Part shown: positions 1 to 15,002 of the stretch, one piece after another | Layout of the letters: each line of letters begins with the position of its first letter | How positions within the stretch are numbered: position 1 is the first letter of the stretch | Origin: an uncultured delta proteobacterium | Lineage (GTDB): Bacteria; Desulfobacterota; Binatia; HRBIN30; BPIQ01 | DNA: 64,000 nt | Assembly: GCA_963761335.1 (NCBI GenBank) | Contig: CAVXGR010000018.1 | Span: 352,001 to 416,000, forward strand | Reading direction: 5' to 3' | The notes under the pieces: model-generated | What the model was told of the DNA's origin: nothing | Database searches by the model: none | The model's input: only the letters and a program-made list of their open reading frames with translations | Made by a program: the position numbers and the translations under genes

Positions 1-2
1 CC

Positions 3-644
3 GCGCGTGAGGCTTCGCCGGCGGATGGGTTGGGTGAGCCATTGCTCCGGCCTTCCGAGGATCCACCAGCCGGCGAGGCTCAACAGCAGGGCGGGTGCAT
101 CGGGAGCGAACTTCGCCATCCATTCCAACGGATAGGGGAACCAGAGCAGCGGCAATCCCGCAAGGCAACTGAAGCGCGGTGACGCTCCAAATCGACTCGC
201 CAACAGGGCTGTGATCAGGATGATGCCGATTGCGGACAGCAACGAGAGTCCCCGGCCGAGACGTGCGATGTCGGTCGCGTCTGTCGTTGAGGCGAGGCGC
301 GCGACCCATCCGGGTACGGCGTACTCCAAGCTGCCATAGGTCAGGGGAGTGATGGGCCGGCCGGTGCGGTAGTCGCGGTAGAGGGCTTCACCACGGGACA
401 CGCGCAACGCCCCTTCAATCAGTTGCGGTTCAACGCTTGAGTTCGTGTACGGATTGAGTACCCGAACGGGCATCAACCAGAGCGCCTGCGCGAGGTAGTA
501 CAAGGTGATTGCAGCTAGCGCTATCCACACGGCGTGCTGCGCTGCTGACGCTGTCCCGAGCTGCTTCCGGCGCGTTTGGTCGGTTCTTGCCCTGCGCAGC
601 GCCACCGGCTCGTTCACGGGGCGAGATGGATAGAGGGTTTCCAT
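3..644 (-). CDS. GT-C/ArnT-PMT-like membrane glycosyltransferase, 5' part (runs off the window edge)
   Basis: Not in the ORF track because there is no stop inside the window. Read by hand from ATG 644: METLYPSRP...VWIALAAITLYYLAQALWLMP...EPQLIEGALRVSRGEALYRDY...PLTYG...GRGLSLLSAIGIILITALLA...APDAPALLLSLAGWW. Several hydrophobic segments and a GT-C-like periplasmic loop. Lies directly downstream of the pilus ABC genes. Confidence 0.6.
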   Translation of the reverse strand, partial: METLYPSRPVNEPVALRRARTDQTRRKQLGTASAAQHAVWIALAAITLYYLAQALWLMPVRVLNPYTNSSVEPQLIEGALRVSRGEALYRDYRTGRPITPLTYGSLEYAVPGWVARLASTTDATDIARLGRGLSLLSAIGIILITALLASRFGASPRFSCLAGLPLLWFPYPLEWMAKFAPDAPALLLSLAGWWILGRPEQWLTQPIRRRSLTR

Positions 645-661
645 TGCTGCTCGGTCTCTCC

Positions 662-1429
662 TCAGGTGAACTCTCGCCGATTCAGAAAAACCAGGCTGAG
701 CAGTAGCACCAGGCCCGCGTAGGCGGCGGCGTAGAGGAGGAGATTGGCGAAATACCAGAGCGAGAAGCTCTGGTGATAGACGACCTGATCGGAGATCCAG
801 TAGCGGTCCAGGTGCGGCAGGAGCATGTAGAGCCCCGACATCAGCCGGCGGATCAGAGGCGGATGCTCCGGGGTCATGAAGTAGCTCAGGTAGGAGGAGG
901 AGCGTCCGGCGATGAAGGTGGCGACGGTGAATAACCCGGCGAGCGCCGGGGTGACCACCACCGACGAGAACAGCAGGGCCACGGCCAGCAGCAGCGACAG
1001 CTCCAGCAAAATGGCGCCGGTCGCCCAGAGAAGATTCCAGTCGAAGCTGCCCTCGACCAATCGCAGGAAGATCAGCAGGGCGGCGCTCATGACGCCCACC
1101 AGCAGGGCCAGCGTCAGGAAGAGGCCGAGGTATTTGCCGAGGAGGAACTGCCAGCGGGCCACCGGCTTGGAGAGAATGTTGAAGATGGTCTTCCGCCCGA
1201 TCTCCTTCTGAAGGAGGTTGACGCCGAGGACGACGGTGATCACTACCCCGAACAGCGAGATGGCGAGCAGGCTGAAGTCCTTGATGAACTTCATCTCGTC
1301 GCCGATCGATGCGGCTCCGAAGACGGCGGAGACGCCCACCATGAGGAATGCGAAGAAGAGGCTCGAGTAGAGCACCTTGTTGCGGATGGCTTCGCGAGCC
1401 GTGTTTCGCGCGATTGCCCAGACGATCAC
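662..1429 (-). CDS. ABC-2 type permease, PilI/XapC-like (pilus-associated)
   Basis: IARNTAREAIRNK N-terminus, EIGRKTIFNILSKPVARWQFLLGKYLG motif, about 6 TM segments; follows the ABC ATPase in the pil locus. Confidence 0.85.
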   Translation of the reverse strand: MIVWAIARNTAREAIRNKVLYSSLFFAFLMVGVSAVFGAASIGDEMKFIKDFSLLAISLFGVVITVVLGVNLLQKEIGRKTIFNILSKPVARWQFLLGKYLGLFLTLALLVGVMSAALLIFLRLVEGSFDWNLLWATGAILLELSLLLAVALLFSSVVVTPALAGLFTVATFIAGRSSSYLSYFMTPEHPPLIRRLMSGLYMLLPHLDRYWISDQVVYHQSFSLWYFANLLLYAAAYAGLVLLLSLVFLNRREFT

Positions 1430-1450
1430 CGGATCACCTCCTCCTCAGAT

Positions 1451-2389
1451 TCAGTCGGCCGCATGGTCTCCCTGAAGGAATGAGATGAAGCGATCTTCCA
1501 GGGAGAGCTTGGTCGGTACCAGCGACTCGACGAACCCTCCGCGCTCCTGCGCGGCGCGCAGAATCGCAGCGACCTGATCCCGGCTGCTCGCCTGCACCGT
1601 CCACATTGCCGGCCCGCCGCCCGCCGGTTGACCGCAGATCGCCTCGATCGCCGAGACCCCGTGAGGCTCGAGACCGCTCACGGCAATGGTGAAGCCGTTT
1701 CCCCGGCGCTGCACGTCGGTCAGGTCAACGAGCTCCCGCAGCTTTCCATTGAGGATCATGCCGACGCGGTCGCACAGCGCCTCCGCATCGGGAAGAATGT
1801 GGGACGAGAAGATCACCGTGGAGCCCTCGTCCTTGAGCGAGCGGATGAGCTCGCGCATCTCTCTGCGACCGGCGGGATCGAGCCCCGACATCGGCTCGTC
1901 GAGGATGACCAGCCGGGGCCGGTGCAGAATCGCCTGGGCGATGCCGACGCGCTGCAGAGTTCCCTTCGACAGCGAGCGTACCGGGGCGCGGAGCTTCGGC
2001 CCCAGATGCAGCCGCTCGACCAGAGCCGCGATTCGCCGTCGCTTCTCGCCGGCATCGAGGCGGCAGAGGTCGGCGTAGAAGTCGAGGATCTCGCCCACCG
2101 ACAGATAATCGTAGAAGTAGGGATGCTCGGGCAGAAAGCCGATCTGCCGGCGCGCCCAGGCGCTGTAGCTCGGCTGTCCCAGGAGTCGCACCTCTCCGCG
2201 CGAGGCGCGCAGCAGACCCAGAATCAGCTTGAACGTCGTCGTCTTGCCGGCCCCGTTGCGCCCGATCAGCCCGAAGATCTCCCCCTCGCGCAGGCTCACC
2301 GTCAGGCCGTCGAGGGCGCAGAAGGGGCGGAACGTCCACTGGTGACGGAAGTACTTGGTCAGGTCTTGCACCTCGAGGAGGTTGCCCAT
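1451..2389 (-). CDS. ABC transporter ATP-binding protein, PilH/XapB-like
   Basis: Walker A GRNGAGKTT, signature LSKG, Walker B VILDEP, H-loop SSH. Confidence 0.9.
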   Translation of the reverse strand: MGNLLEVQDLTKYFRHQWTFRPFCALDGLTVSLREGEIFGLIGRNGAGKTTTFKLILGLLRASRGEVRLLGQPSYSAWARRQIGFLPEHPYFYDYLSVGEILDFYADLCRLDAGEKRRRIAALVERLHLGPKLRAPVRSLSKGTLQRVGIAQAILHRPRLVILDEPMSGLDPAGRREMRELIRSLKDEGSTVIFSSHILPDAEALCDRVGMILNGKLRELVDLTDVQRRGNGFTIAVSGLEPHGVSAIEAICGQPAGGGPAMWTVQASSRDQVAAILRAAQERGGFVESLVPTKLSLEDRFISFLQGDHAAD

Positions 2390-2392
2390 GTC

Positions 2393-3376
2393 TCAGTCTC
2401 CCCGTTCGTGTCCGAGAATTTCCTTGCGTGTTTCGCTCTGGTACAGCCGCACCGGGTTGTGTCCGCTCGAGGAGGTCACGGCGCCGCTCTGCGGATCGTA
2501 CTGGTAGGCGCCGCCAAAGGGCTCGCGCGGGATTTCACTCAGAAATCCGGCGGCGACCAGAGCGCTCAGGTCGCTGGGGCGGTGGCCGAACTTCTCCGTG
2601 TAGCTCTTCATGGCGCCCTGCAGCTGCTCGAGCTGGTCGGTGAGATCCAGCTGCTTCAGGTGCTCGCGGATCACGGGCCGCAGCCCGGCCCCTTCCGGCG
2701 TATTCATGAGGTTCTCGAGGAAGGCGCGGGCTGTCTTGGTACCGTACTCCGTGGCGTAGAGGATCGTGGCAAAACGGGTGACGAAGGGGGGCGCGCCCGG
2801 CAGCTCGCTGGCGCGCCGCACGTGCTGGATGGCCCGCTGCAAATCCTGCTTGAAGTAGTAGTAGTTGAAGCCGAGAAAGAAGTGCAGCTGCCAGGAGTCC
2901 GGAAAGACGCGCACCCCCTTCTCCAGAAGGGCGATACCGTCGTCCGGCCGCTGCGCTTCCCAGGGAAGAATCACCCCGGCAAAGCGATAGACGTGCATGG
3001 CGCGCGGGTCGAGGTCGGTGACGATTTCGCACATGCGTGCCAGCCAGGGGTACAGATGGTCGCTGTGGTAGTGCTCGCCAAAATAGTTGATGGTGCGAAA
3101 CCAGAGGAAGTCGGCGACGGCGTTCTGGTAGCGCAGGGAGGCCAGACGGAGGAAGTGGATATTGGGCAGATAGACCGGAGCCGCCGCGACCCGCGCCGCG
3201 GCAGGTGTCGCGGTCTGCCGCGAAGCGAAGCTGGCCAGACCGAGTAGCGAGATTACCAGTACCAGAGTCGCTCCCGCACGTGCGAGCCGCTGCAGCCGTG
3301 TCGGCGGCTTCCCCGCCTCGAGTCCGGCCACCTGGGACTTGGAGCGTGAAAACGGTTGTGTCGCTATGCTCTCCAT
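2393..3376 (-). CDS. PilG/XapA-like membrane-anchored TPR protein with a C-terminal GspG-like domain
   Basis: N-terminal TM; ADFLWFRTINYFG...VTDLDP...LEKG...WQLHFFLGFNYYY TPR-like region; C-terminal YTEKFGHRPSDLSALVAAGFLSEIPREPFGGAYQY resembles pseudopilin globular ends; position matches pilG/xapA. Confidence 0.7.
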   Translation of the reverse strand: MESIATQPFSRSKSQVAGLEAGKPPTRLQRLARAGATLVLVISLLGLASFASRQTATPAAARVAAAPVYLPNIHFLRLASLRYQNAVADFLWFRTINYFGEHYHSDHLYPWLARMCEIVTDLDPRAMHVYRFAGVILPWEAQRPDDGIALLEKGVRVFPDSWQLHFFLGFNYYYFKQDLQRAIQHVRRASELPGAPPFVTRFATILYATEYGTKTARAFLENLMNTPEGAGLRPVIREHLKQLDLTDQLEQLQGAMKSYTEKFGHRPSDLSALVAAGFLSEIPREPFGGAYQYDPQSGAVTSSSGHNPVRLYQSETRKEILGHERGD

Positions 3377-3393
3377 CGCTCCCCAAGTGGAAA

Positions 3394-3409
3394 AGCAAGG
3401 GCGATGCCA
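3394..3409 (-). promoter_or_regulatory. sigma-54 (-24/-12) promoter
   Basis: Minus strand TGGCATCGCCCTTGCT = GG-N10-GC with TGGCA and TTGC; immediately downstream of the sigma-54 activator and 18 nt upstream of ATG 3376. Confidence 0.75.
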
Positions 3410-3514
3410 TGCCGACAGCAGTTTCGCTTCACATGCGAGTCGGCAGGGGCGGACGGGTCGGCAGACGATGCACCGTCGAATTCGTACGGCCGTGTGTCCG
3501 CCGTTGGCACCGCC

Positions 3515-5613
<2,099 letters not shown>

Positions 5614-5614
<1 letters not shown>

Positions 5615-6834
5615 CAGTTGATCACGGACCCCAGCTTGAAGATCGGCAGATACATGGAGATCACCAGTCCACCGATGACCACGCCGAGGAAGAGGATCAC
5701 CAGAGGCTCCATCAGCGACGTCAGGTTGTTGACGGCGTTGTCGACCTCGTCCTCGTAAAAGTCGGCGATCTTCTGCAGCATGGCGTCGAGGGCGCCGGTC
5801 GCCTCGCCGACACCGATCATCTGACAGACCATCGACGGGAAGACCTTGGAGGCAATCAGCGGCTCGGTGATCGTCTTACCCTCGCTGATGCTGACGCGTG
5901 TCGCCATCACGGCGCGCTCGACGATCTTGTTGCCCGAGGTGCGCGCGGTGATCGCCAGGGCGTCGAGAATGGGAACGCCGGAGGAGACCAGCGTGCCGAG
6001 CGTGCGCGTGAAGCGCGCCACCGATCCCTTGCGGATCAGGTCGCCGAAGATCGGCATCTCGAGGAGGAGCTTGTCGATCACCAGTCGCCCCGGCTCGGTG
6101 TGGTAGGAGTGCCGAATGAAGACGCCGGTGGCGATGACGACGGCGAGCATGTAGTGGAAGTAGGCGATGGTGAAGTTGCTCATGTTGATGACGAACTGCG
6201 TCGGCGCCGGCAGTGCCTGCCCGAAGCTGCCGAAGAGCTCGGCGAACACCGGGATGACGTAGACCAGCAGCACGGCGGTGACGCCCACGGCCACGGTGAT
6301 GATCGTGCAGGGGTAGATCATTGCGCCCTTGATCTTGCTCTTCAGCTTCATCGCCTTCTCCATGTAGGTCGAGAGGCGATGCAGGATGGTGTCGAGGATG
6401 CCCGCCGCCTCGCCGGCGGCCACCATGTTGACGAAGAGATCGTCGAATAGCCGGGGGTGCTTCTTCAGAGCGTCGGTGAAGGTCGACCCGGATTCCACCT
6501 CGTCCTTGATCTGGGCGATGATCTTGCGAAATGCCTTGTTGTCGGTCTGTGCCGCGAGGATGTCGAGGCACTGCACGATCGGCAGACCGGCGTCGATCAT
6601 GGTCGCCAGCTGGCGCGTGAAGATGACGATGTCGTGCGAGTTGACGCCGACGCCGAAGCCCGGGATGGTGATCTCGCGCTCCAGACCTTTGCCCTTCTGG
6701 CGGACCTTGGACGCATTTGGCTGAATGCGCTGCGAGCGCAATCGCAGGAGCACGGCGTCGCGACTGGGCGCCTCCATCTCGCCGGTGATGGCTTCTCCCC
6801 GTGGCGATACCCCCTCCCATCGGAAATGTGGCAT
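5614..6834 (-). CDS. pilC: Type IV pilus inner-membrane platform protein PilC (T2SS F family)
   Basis: FTRQLATMIDAGLPI, KIKGAMIYP, MIGVGEATGALDAML, SMYLPIF. Start moved to ATG 6834 because of the GGAGG RBS. Confidence 0.93.
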
Positions 6835-6915
6835 TTTTTTGACCTCCGTGCGGACTATGCTGTGCAAGGAACGACAAGCATTTCAGCGTTGCTGGACCTT
6901 TCGGGGGCCGAAAGC

Positions 6916-6931
6916 TGCACGTCGTATGCCA
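6916..6931 (-). promoter_or_regulatory. candidate sigma-54 promoter for pilC and the fused regulator
   Basis: Minus strand (C)TGGCATACGACGTGCA, GG-N10-GC, in the pilB-pilC gap about 80 nt upstream of pilC; GTGC instead of consensus TTGC. Confidence 0.5.
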
Positions 6932-7135
6932 GCAGCTCGGTGAGCGTCGTGTACGCCGGCGAGGCGCGAGAATCGACCGGCGCCGGGTGAAGCGGTGAAG
7001 GAGCGTCGGCGCTGTACGAAAGCGTCGGTCGACGGATCACCGCCGATCCACCGGCGGCGTACGGTCGCGTGTGTCGTCGAAGCTTCACGAGCTTCCCTCC
7101 CTGGAAGCGAAAGAAGAGAGTCGCCGCCGGCCCGC

Positions 7136-8836
7136 CTAATCGGGCATGGTGACGCGCACGACCTCTTCCATGGTCGTCAGCCCTTCTCGGAGCTTCTGCA
7201 AGCCGCTCAACCTCAGGCTCCTCATTCCTCCCGCCATGGCTCCCTTCTTGATGTCCGGGGCCGAGGCGCCGGTGAGCACCAGCTCGCGCAGGTCGTCGGT
7301 CATCGGCATGACCTCGTAGAGGGCGATACGGCCCCGATAACCGGTGCCGTTGCACTGCGGGCAGCCGGCGCCGTGGAAGGGCGTGAAGGTGCCGATCTCC
7401 TCGCGCGGAATGCCGATGTCGATCAGTGCCTGCGGCGGCAGCTCTGCCGGCGCCTTGCACCCCTGGCAAATGACCCGCGCCAGGCGTTGCGCCAGAATCA
7501 GGTTCACCGACGAGGCGACGAGAAACGGCTCGATGCCCATGTTGAGCAGGCGGTTGACGGTCGACGGTGCGTCGTTCGTGTGCAGCGTGCTCAGCACCAG
7601 GTGACCGGTGAGGGCCGCCTTGATGGAGATCTCCGCCGTCTCGAAGTCGCGGACCTCGCCGACCATGATGATGTCCGGGTCCTGCCGAAGAAAGGCGCGC
7701 AGGGCGTTGGCGAAGTTGAGGCCGATGTCGTCGTGGATCTGCACCTGGTTGATGCCGACCAGATTGAACTCGACCGGATCCTCCGCAGTGGAGATGTTGG
7801 TGGCGATCTTGTTGAGCTCCGAGAGCGCCGAGTACAGCGTCGTCGTCTTGCCGCTGCCGGTGGGGCCGGTGACCAGCACCATGCCGTAGGGCTTGTAGAT
7901 GGATTCCTTGAAGTCGCGCAGCGCGCTCTCTTCGAAGCCGAGCTTGGTCATGTCGAGCTGCAGGTTCGACTTGTCGAGCAGGCGCAGGACGATCTTCTCG
8001 CCGAAGATGGTCGGCAGCACCGAGACGCGGAAGTCCATCTCCTGCCCGGGGCCGAACTTGAGCTTGATGCGTCCGTCCTGAGGCAGGCGGCGTTCGGCAA
8101 TGTCCATGTTCGACATCACTTTGACACGCGATGTGATGGCGTTCTTGAGCTTCAGCGGCGGCTTCATGATCTCTTCGAGAACGCCGTCGCAGCGGAAGCG
8201 GACGCGGAACATCTTCTCGAAGGGCTCGAGATGGATATCGCTGCAACGCCTCTTGATGGCGTTGGTGAGGATGGCGTTCACCAGGCGCACGACGGGGGCG
8301 TCTTCGGTCGCCCTCTCGAGCTCCTTGAGATCGACCTCCTCCTCCTGCTGGACCAGCTCGAAATCGTCGCTCTCGAGCTCGGTGAGCACCTGGTCGTAGT
8401 TGGAGTGCTCGTCATAGTGCGCCTCGATCGCCTTCTGGATCGTCGAGACCGAGCCGACCGCGACCTTCACGTCGTATCCGGTGATGAATTTCACCTCGTT
8501 GAGCGCCACGAAGTTCGACGGATCCGACATCGCCACCGTCAGAGTCGACCCCGTCTGCCCGATGGGGATCATCTCGTGTCGGTGCACCAGGGTGGCCGGT
8601 ATGACCCGCAGGATCTCGGTGGGCAGGTCCATGCCCGAAGGGTCGACCAGGGGCAGCCGATATTCGCGCTGCAGGAAGGTGGTCAGGTCATCCTCGTTGA
8701 TGAAGCCGAGACCGACGAGAATGGAGCTGAGGCCTCCTCCTTCCTCCTTCTGTTTGTCGGCAGCGGTCCCCAGCTGCGCGGCAGTGAGGTGGCCGCGCTT
8801 GACCAAGATTTCGCCCAGTCGGCTGCTCATAGACAT
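7136..8836 (-). CDS. pilB: Type IV-A pilus assembly ATPase PilB
   Basis: N-terminal RLGEILVKRGHL (MshEN-like), GPTGSGKTT, TAEDPVE, RQDPDIIMVGE, TGHLVLSTLHTND, CQGC/CPQC Zn motif. Confidence 0.95.
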   Translation of the reverse strand: MSMSSRLGEILVKRGHLTAAQLGTAADKQKEEGGGLSSILVGLGFINEDDLTTFLQREYRLPLVDPSGMDLPTEILRVIPATLVHRHEMIPIGQTGSTLTVAMSDPSNFVALNEVKFITGYDVKVAVGSVSTIQKAIEAHYDEHSNYDQVLTELESDDFELVQQEEEVDLKELERATEDAPVVRLVNAILTNAIKRRCSDIHLEPFEKMFRVRFRCDGVLEEIMKPPLKLKNAITSRVKVMSNMDIAERRLPQDGRIKLKFGPGQEMDFRVSVLPTIFGEKIVLRLLDKSNLQLDMTKLGFEESALRDFKESIYKPYGMVLVTGPTGSGKTTTLYSALSELNKIATNISTAEDPVEFNLVGINQVQIHDDIGLNFANALRAFLRQDPDIIMVGEVRDFETAEISIKAALTGHLVLSTLHTNDAPSTVNRLLNMGIEPFLVASSVNLILAQRLARVICQGCKAPAELPPQALIDIGIPREEIGTFTPFHGAGCPQCNGTGYRGRIALYEVMPMTDDLRELVLTGASAPDIKKGAMAGGMRSLRLSGLQKLREGLTTMEEVVRVTMPD

Positions 8837-8896
8837 GCTAAGCCTATAACACGTTTCGCGCCAGAGGCGGTGGGCTCGTCGGCTCTGGCTATCGGC

Positions 8897-9751
8897 TCAG
8901 TGAGCGGTGCGTTGTTGCGCCCGTAGCGCACCTGCCATGACATCTAATGGAGGACGCCGTCCCGTCCACAGAGTGAATGCTGCGGCCCCCTGGTGCAGGA
9001 GCATGGAGGTGCCGTCGAGGGCAGGCCGCTCATAGCGTTTAGCCTGCTGCAGAAAGTCGGTGCGGCGCCCGTAGATGAGGTCGTAGAAGAGGCAGTGAGG
9101 GGGGGTGGCGGAGTATTCGAGAAGGGGAAACTTCTCGCCGTGGAGACCGATCGACGTGGCGTTGACGATGAGGTCGATGGTCGTCAACGCCTTGACGTTC
9201 GTCAGTCGGTCGAGGTCGGCGGTACGCACCTCGATTTCCTGCCCGGCGAAGTGGCGCTGCAAGGCGCGTTTTCGCCCGGCGCTGCGGTTGACGACGCAGA
9301 TCTCGACGGCGCCGCCGCGGTGCAGCCCGGCGACTGCCGCCCGCCCGGCGCCTCCGGCGCCGACCACCAGGGCGCGGGCGCCGCGCAGGCGCCCACCGGC
9401 GTCGCGCAGGCCGCGAACGAAACCCGTGACGTCGGTATTCTCGCCGACGAGGCGGTCGCGGCGCCAGTAGATGGTGTTCACGGCGGCGATCAGGCGGGCG
9501 TTCTCGTCGAGGTCATCGAGATGGCCGACGACCCTCTCCTTGTGCGGAACGGTGACGTTCAGGCCCGCCAGGCGCAGGGCTCGCATGGCGCGCACGGCCC
9601 CCCCGGCCTGGCCCGCAGCGACGTGGAGCGGGACATAGACGTAGTCGAGCCCGAGCGCGGCGAAGGCGGCGTTGTGCATCGCCGGCGAGAGAGAATGGGC
9701 GATCGGGTCGCCGATGATGCCGACCACCCTTGTCTTGCCGGAGATGTGCAT
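8897..9751 (-). CDS. aroE: Shikimate dehydrogenase
   Basis: GDPIAHSLSPAMHN, NVTVPHK, AVNT, NTD, GAGGAG, NATSIG, DG..MLLHQG. Confidence 0.93.
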   Translation of the reverse strand: MHISGKTRVVGIIGDPIAHSLSPAMHNAAFAALGLDYVYVPLHVAAGQAGGAVRAMRALRLAGLNVTVPHKERVVGHLDDLDENARLIAAVNTIYWRRDRLVGENTDVTGFVRGLRDAGGRLRGARALVVGAGGAGRAAVAGLHRGGAVEICVVNRSAGRKRALQRHFAGQEIEVRTADLDRLTNVKALTTIDLIVNATSIGLHGEKFPLLEYSATPPHCLFYDLIYGRRTDFLQQAKRYERPALDGTSMLLHQGAAAFTLWTGRRPPLDVMAGALRAQQRTAH

Positions 9752-9786
9752 CGGACCGGACCGGCCGCGCCGCCGGGCCCCCCGCG

Positions 9787-12720
<2,934 letters not shown>

Positions 12721-12727
12721 CGAACCT

Positions 12728-14056
12728 CTAAACCTCGATGCGTCGCCGCAGCTCTTCGACGAGCCGCTCAATTGGGAGGCGTTGCTGCTCCATGCTGTCG
12801 CGTTCCCGCAGGGTGACGGTGTTGTCGTCCAGTGTCTGATGATCGACGGTGATGCCGAACGGCGTGCCGATCTCGTCCTGGCGCCGGTAGCGCCTGCCGA
12901 TGGCCCCCGCCTGGTCGTACTGAACGGTGAAATGGGGTCGCAGCAGATCCTCGACCTCGCGGGCCTTCTCCGGATGGCCGTTCTTGCGCAGGAGGGGGAA
13001 GATGCCGGCCTTCACGGGGGCGATCCGCGGATGAAAGCGCAGCACCACGCGCGGCTCGCCATCGGCGACGTCTTCATCGTAGGCGTCGACGAGAAAGGCG
13101 AGAGTGGCGCGGTCGGCTCCCGCCGCCGGCTCGATGACGTAGGGGACGAAACGCTCGCGAGTCTCCTCGTCGAAGTAGCTCAGATCCTTGCCGCTGTACT
13201 CGGCGTGGCGCTTGAGATCGAAATCGGTGCGGTTGGCGATGCCCTCGAGCTCCGACCAGCCGAAGGGGAACTCGTACTCGACGTCGGCGCAGCCCTTGGC
13301 GTAATGCGCCAGCTCGTCGGTGCTGTGCGGCCGCAGTCGCAGCCGCTCGGCGCGGATGCCCAGGCGCTTGTACCAATCGAAACGCTCCTGCAGCCAGTAC
13401 TCGAACCAGCGGTCGTCTTCGCCGGGCTTCACGAAGAACTCCATCTCCATCTGCTCGAACTCGCGCGTGCGGAAGAGGAAGTTGCCGGGCGTGATCTCGT
13501 TGCGGAACGACTTGCCGATCTGGGCGATGCCGAAGGGGATCTTTTGCCGCGCCATGGTGACCACGTTCTCGAAGTTGACGAACATGCCCTGCGCCGTTTC
13601 CGGGCGCAGAAAGACGACATTGGCCGTGTCCTCCACCGGACCCATGAAGGTCTTGAACATGAGGTTGAACTGCCGGGCCTCGGTCAGCTCGCCGCCGCAC
13701 TCGCCGGGATGCTTGGACGGCTTCTCCGGGCAGCGGACATCCTCGAGCTTGTCGGCCCGGAAGCGCCCCTTGCACTTCTTGCAGTCGACCATCGGGTCGG
13801 TGAAGCCGGCGACGTGGCCGGACGCCTCCCAGACCCGCGGGTGCATGAGGATGGCGCAGTCGATGCCGACCACGTCGCGGCGGGCGCGCACCATGTCGCG
13901 CCACCAGGCTTCCTTGACGTTGCGCTTGAGCTCGATTCCCACCGGGCCGTAGTCCCAGCAGGACGCCAGACCTCCGTAGATCTCGCTCGACTGCATCGCG
14001 AAGCCCCGCCGCTTGGCGAGGCTCACGATCTTCTCCATGGTCACCGGGCCGCTCAT
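12728..14056 (-). CDS. glyQS: Glycine--tRNA ligase, homodimeric (alpha2) type
   Basis: [57 protein letters not shown]. Start ATG 14056 with AAGGA RBS. Confidence 0.93.
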   Translation of the reverse strand: MSGPVTMEKIVSLAKRRGFAMQSSEIYGGLASCWDYGPVGIELKRNVKEAWWRDMVRARRDVVGIDCAILMHPRVWEASGHVAGFTDPMVDCKKCKGRFRADKLEDVRCPEKPSKHPGECGGELTEARQFNLMFKTFMGPVEDTANVVFLRPETAQGMFVNFENVVTMARQKIPFGIAQIGKSFRNEITPGNFLFRTREFEQMEMEFFVKPGEDDRWFEYWLQERFDWYKRLGIRAERLRLRPHSTDELAHYAKGCADVEYEFPFGWSELEGIANRTDFDLKRHAEYSGKDLSYFDEETRERFVPYVIEPAAGADRATLAFLVDAYDEDVADGEPRVVLRFHPRIAPVKAGIFPLLRKNGHPEKAREVEDLLRPHFTVQYDQAGAIGRRYRRQDEIGTPFGITVDHQTLDDNTVTLRERDSMEQQRLPIERLVEELRRRIEV

Positions 14057-14185
14057 TGTCCTTAAAGGACGTGGGTGTACCACGTGTGCTCGGGGGCAGC
14101 AATCTGCCCATGGGGACAGGCGACTTTTGCGGCTCGTGGAAGCTCGCTGGCGCCGCAATGAGGGCGCAAGACTTGCCTGTCCCCC

Positions 14186-14944
14186 TCACGCGTTCTCGAT
14201 GGCGGCGATGAACTGCAGCGAGCGCAGCGGCTGCGGCAGGTGCGCGGAGAGGAGCTTGCCGGTGAGGTCGGCGGCCTGGCGGGCGATGTCCGGTCCCAGG
14301 CGCAGGGCGCCGCAGCTCGCCAGCGGGGTGTCGGTGAGGCGCGCCAGCGCCGCGAAGGTGGGGCTGTCGAAGCGGTCCGCCGCGGCCCGGCCGGCGCCGC
14401 AGGCGGCGCACAGCAGCTCGCCGTGGATACCGTCGTAGAAGCAGTGCGCCGCCGACTCGAAGGGTTGCTGGCAGCGCCCGCAGCCGTGCAGCGGCGGTCC
14501 GTAGCCGAGGTCGCGGAGGAGCTGGAGCTCGAAGCTCCGCAGCAGCGCCGAGGTCGCCGGTCCCACCTCGATCGCCCCCAATGCACTGGTGAGGAGGTCG
14601 TAGATCTCGGTGATGGGATCGTCCTCGTGGGTCAGGCGGTCGACCAGCTCGAGCAGATAGCTGCCGTAGGCGAAGCGGTTGGGGCTGGCCAGGTCCTGAG
14701 CGGACTGTATCAGATCGCAGCGCTCCAGGAAGGCGAGGCCTGCCCCGGCGCGGGTGCGGAAGTGCACCCGCACCCGCGCCATCGGCTCGAGACAGTTGGG
14801 AAAGCGGCGGCGGGAGTTCTTGGCGCCCTTGGCGATGCCGGTGAGCTTGCCGAAATCGCGGGTGAGGAAGGTCGTGATCTTGTCGACCTCGCCGTACGGA
14901 CGGGCCCGCAGCACGACCGCCAGGCTCGACTGCGATTGCGGCAT
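14186..14944 (-). CDS. recO: DNA repair protein RecO
   Basis: VLRARPYGEVDKITTFLT..GK...AKGAK.S.RRF; CGRC/CAAC zinc finger; recO-glyRS synteny. Confidence 0.9.
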   Translation of the reverse strand: MPQSQSSLAVVLRARPYGEVDKITTFLTRDFGKLTGIAKGAKNSRRRFPNCLEPMARVRVHFRTRAGAGLAFLERCDLIQSAQDLASPNRFAYGSYLLELVDRLTHEDDPITEIYDLLTSALGAIEVGPATSALLRSFELQLLRDLGYGPPLHGCGRCQQPFESAAHCFYDGIHGELLCAACGAGRAAADRFDSPTFAALARLTDTPLASCGALRLGPDIARQAADLTGKLLSAHLPQPLRSLQFIAAIENA

Positions 14945-14973
14945 TTCTCGTCAGCTATCACCGGGTTACGACC

Positions 14974-15002
14974 TTGACAAGGTATGGGTCGGTTCTTAGC
15001 TT
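14974..15002 (+). promoter_or_regulatory. sigma-70-type promoter of grpE-dnaK-dnaJ
   Basis: TTGACA-N17-TAGCTT about 60 nt upstream of grpE; the -35 lies inside the palindrome ACCTTG-A-CAAGGT (14971-14983). Confidence 0.65.

Noticed and set aside
2393..3376. This gene as the missing major pilin
   Set aside because: No class III (G/FxxxE) prepilin cleavage motif; it is 327 aa with TPR-like content.
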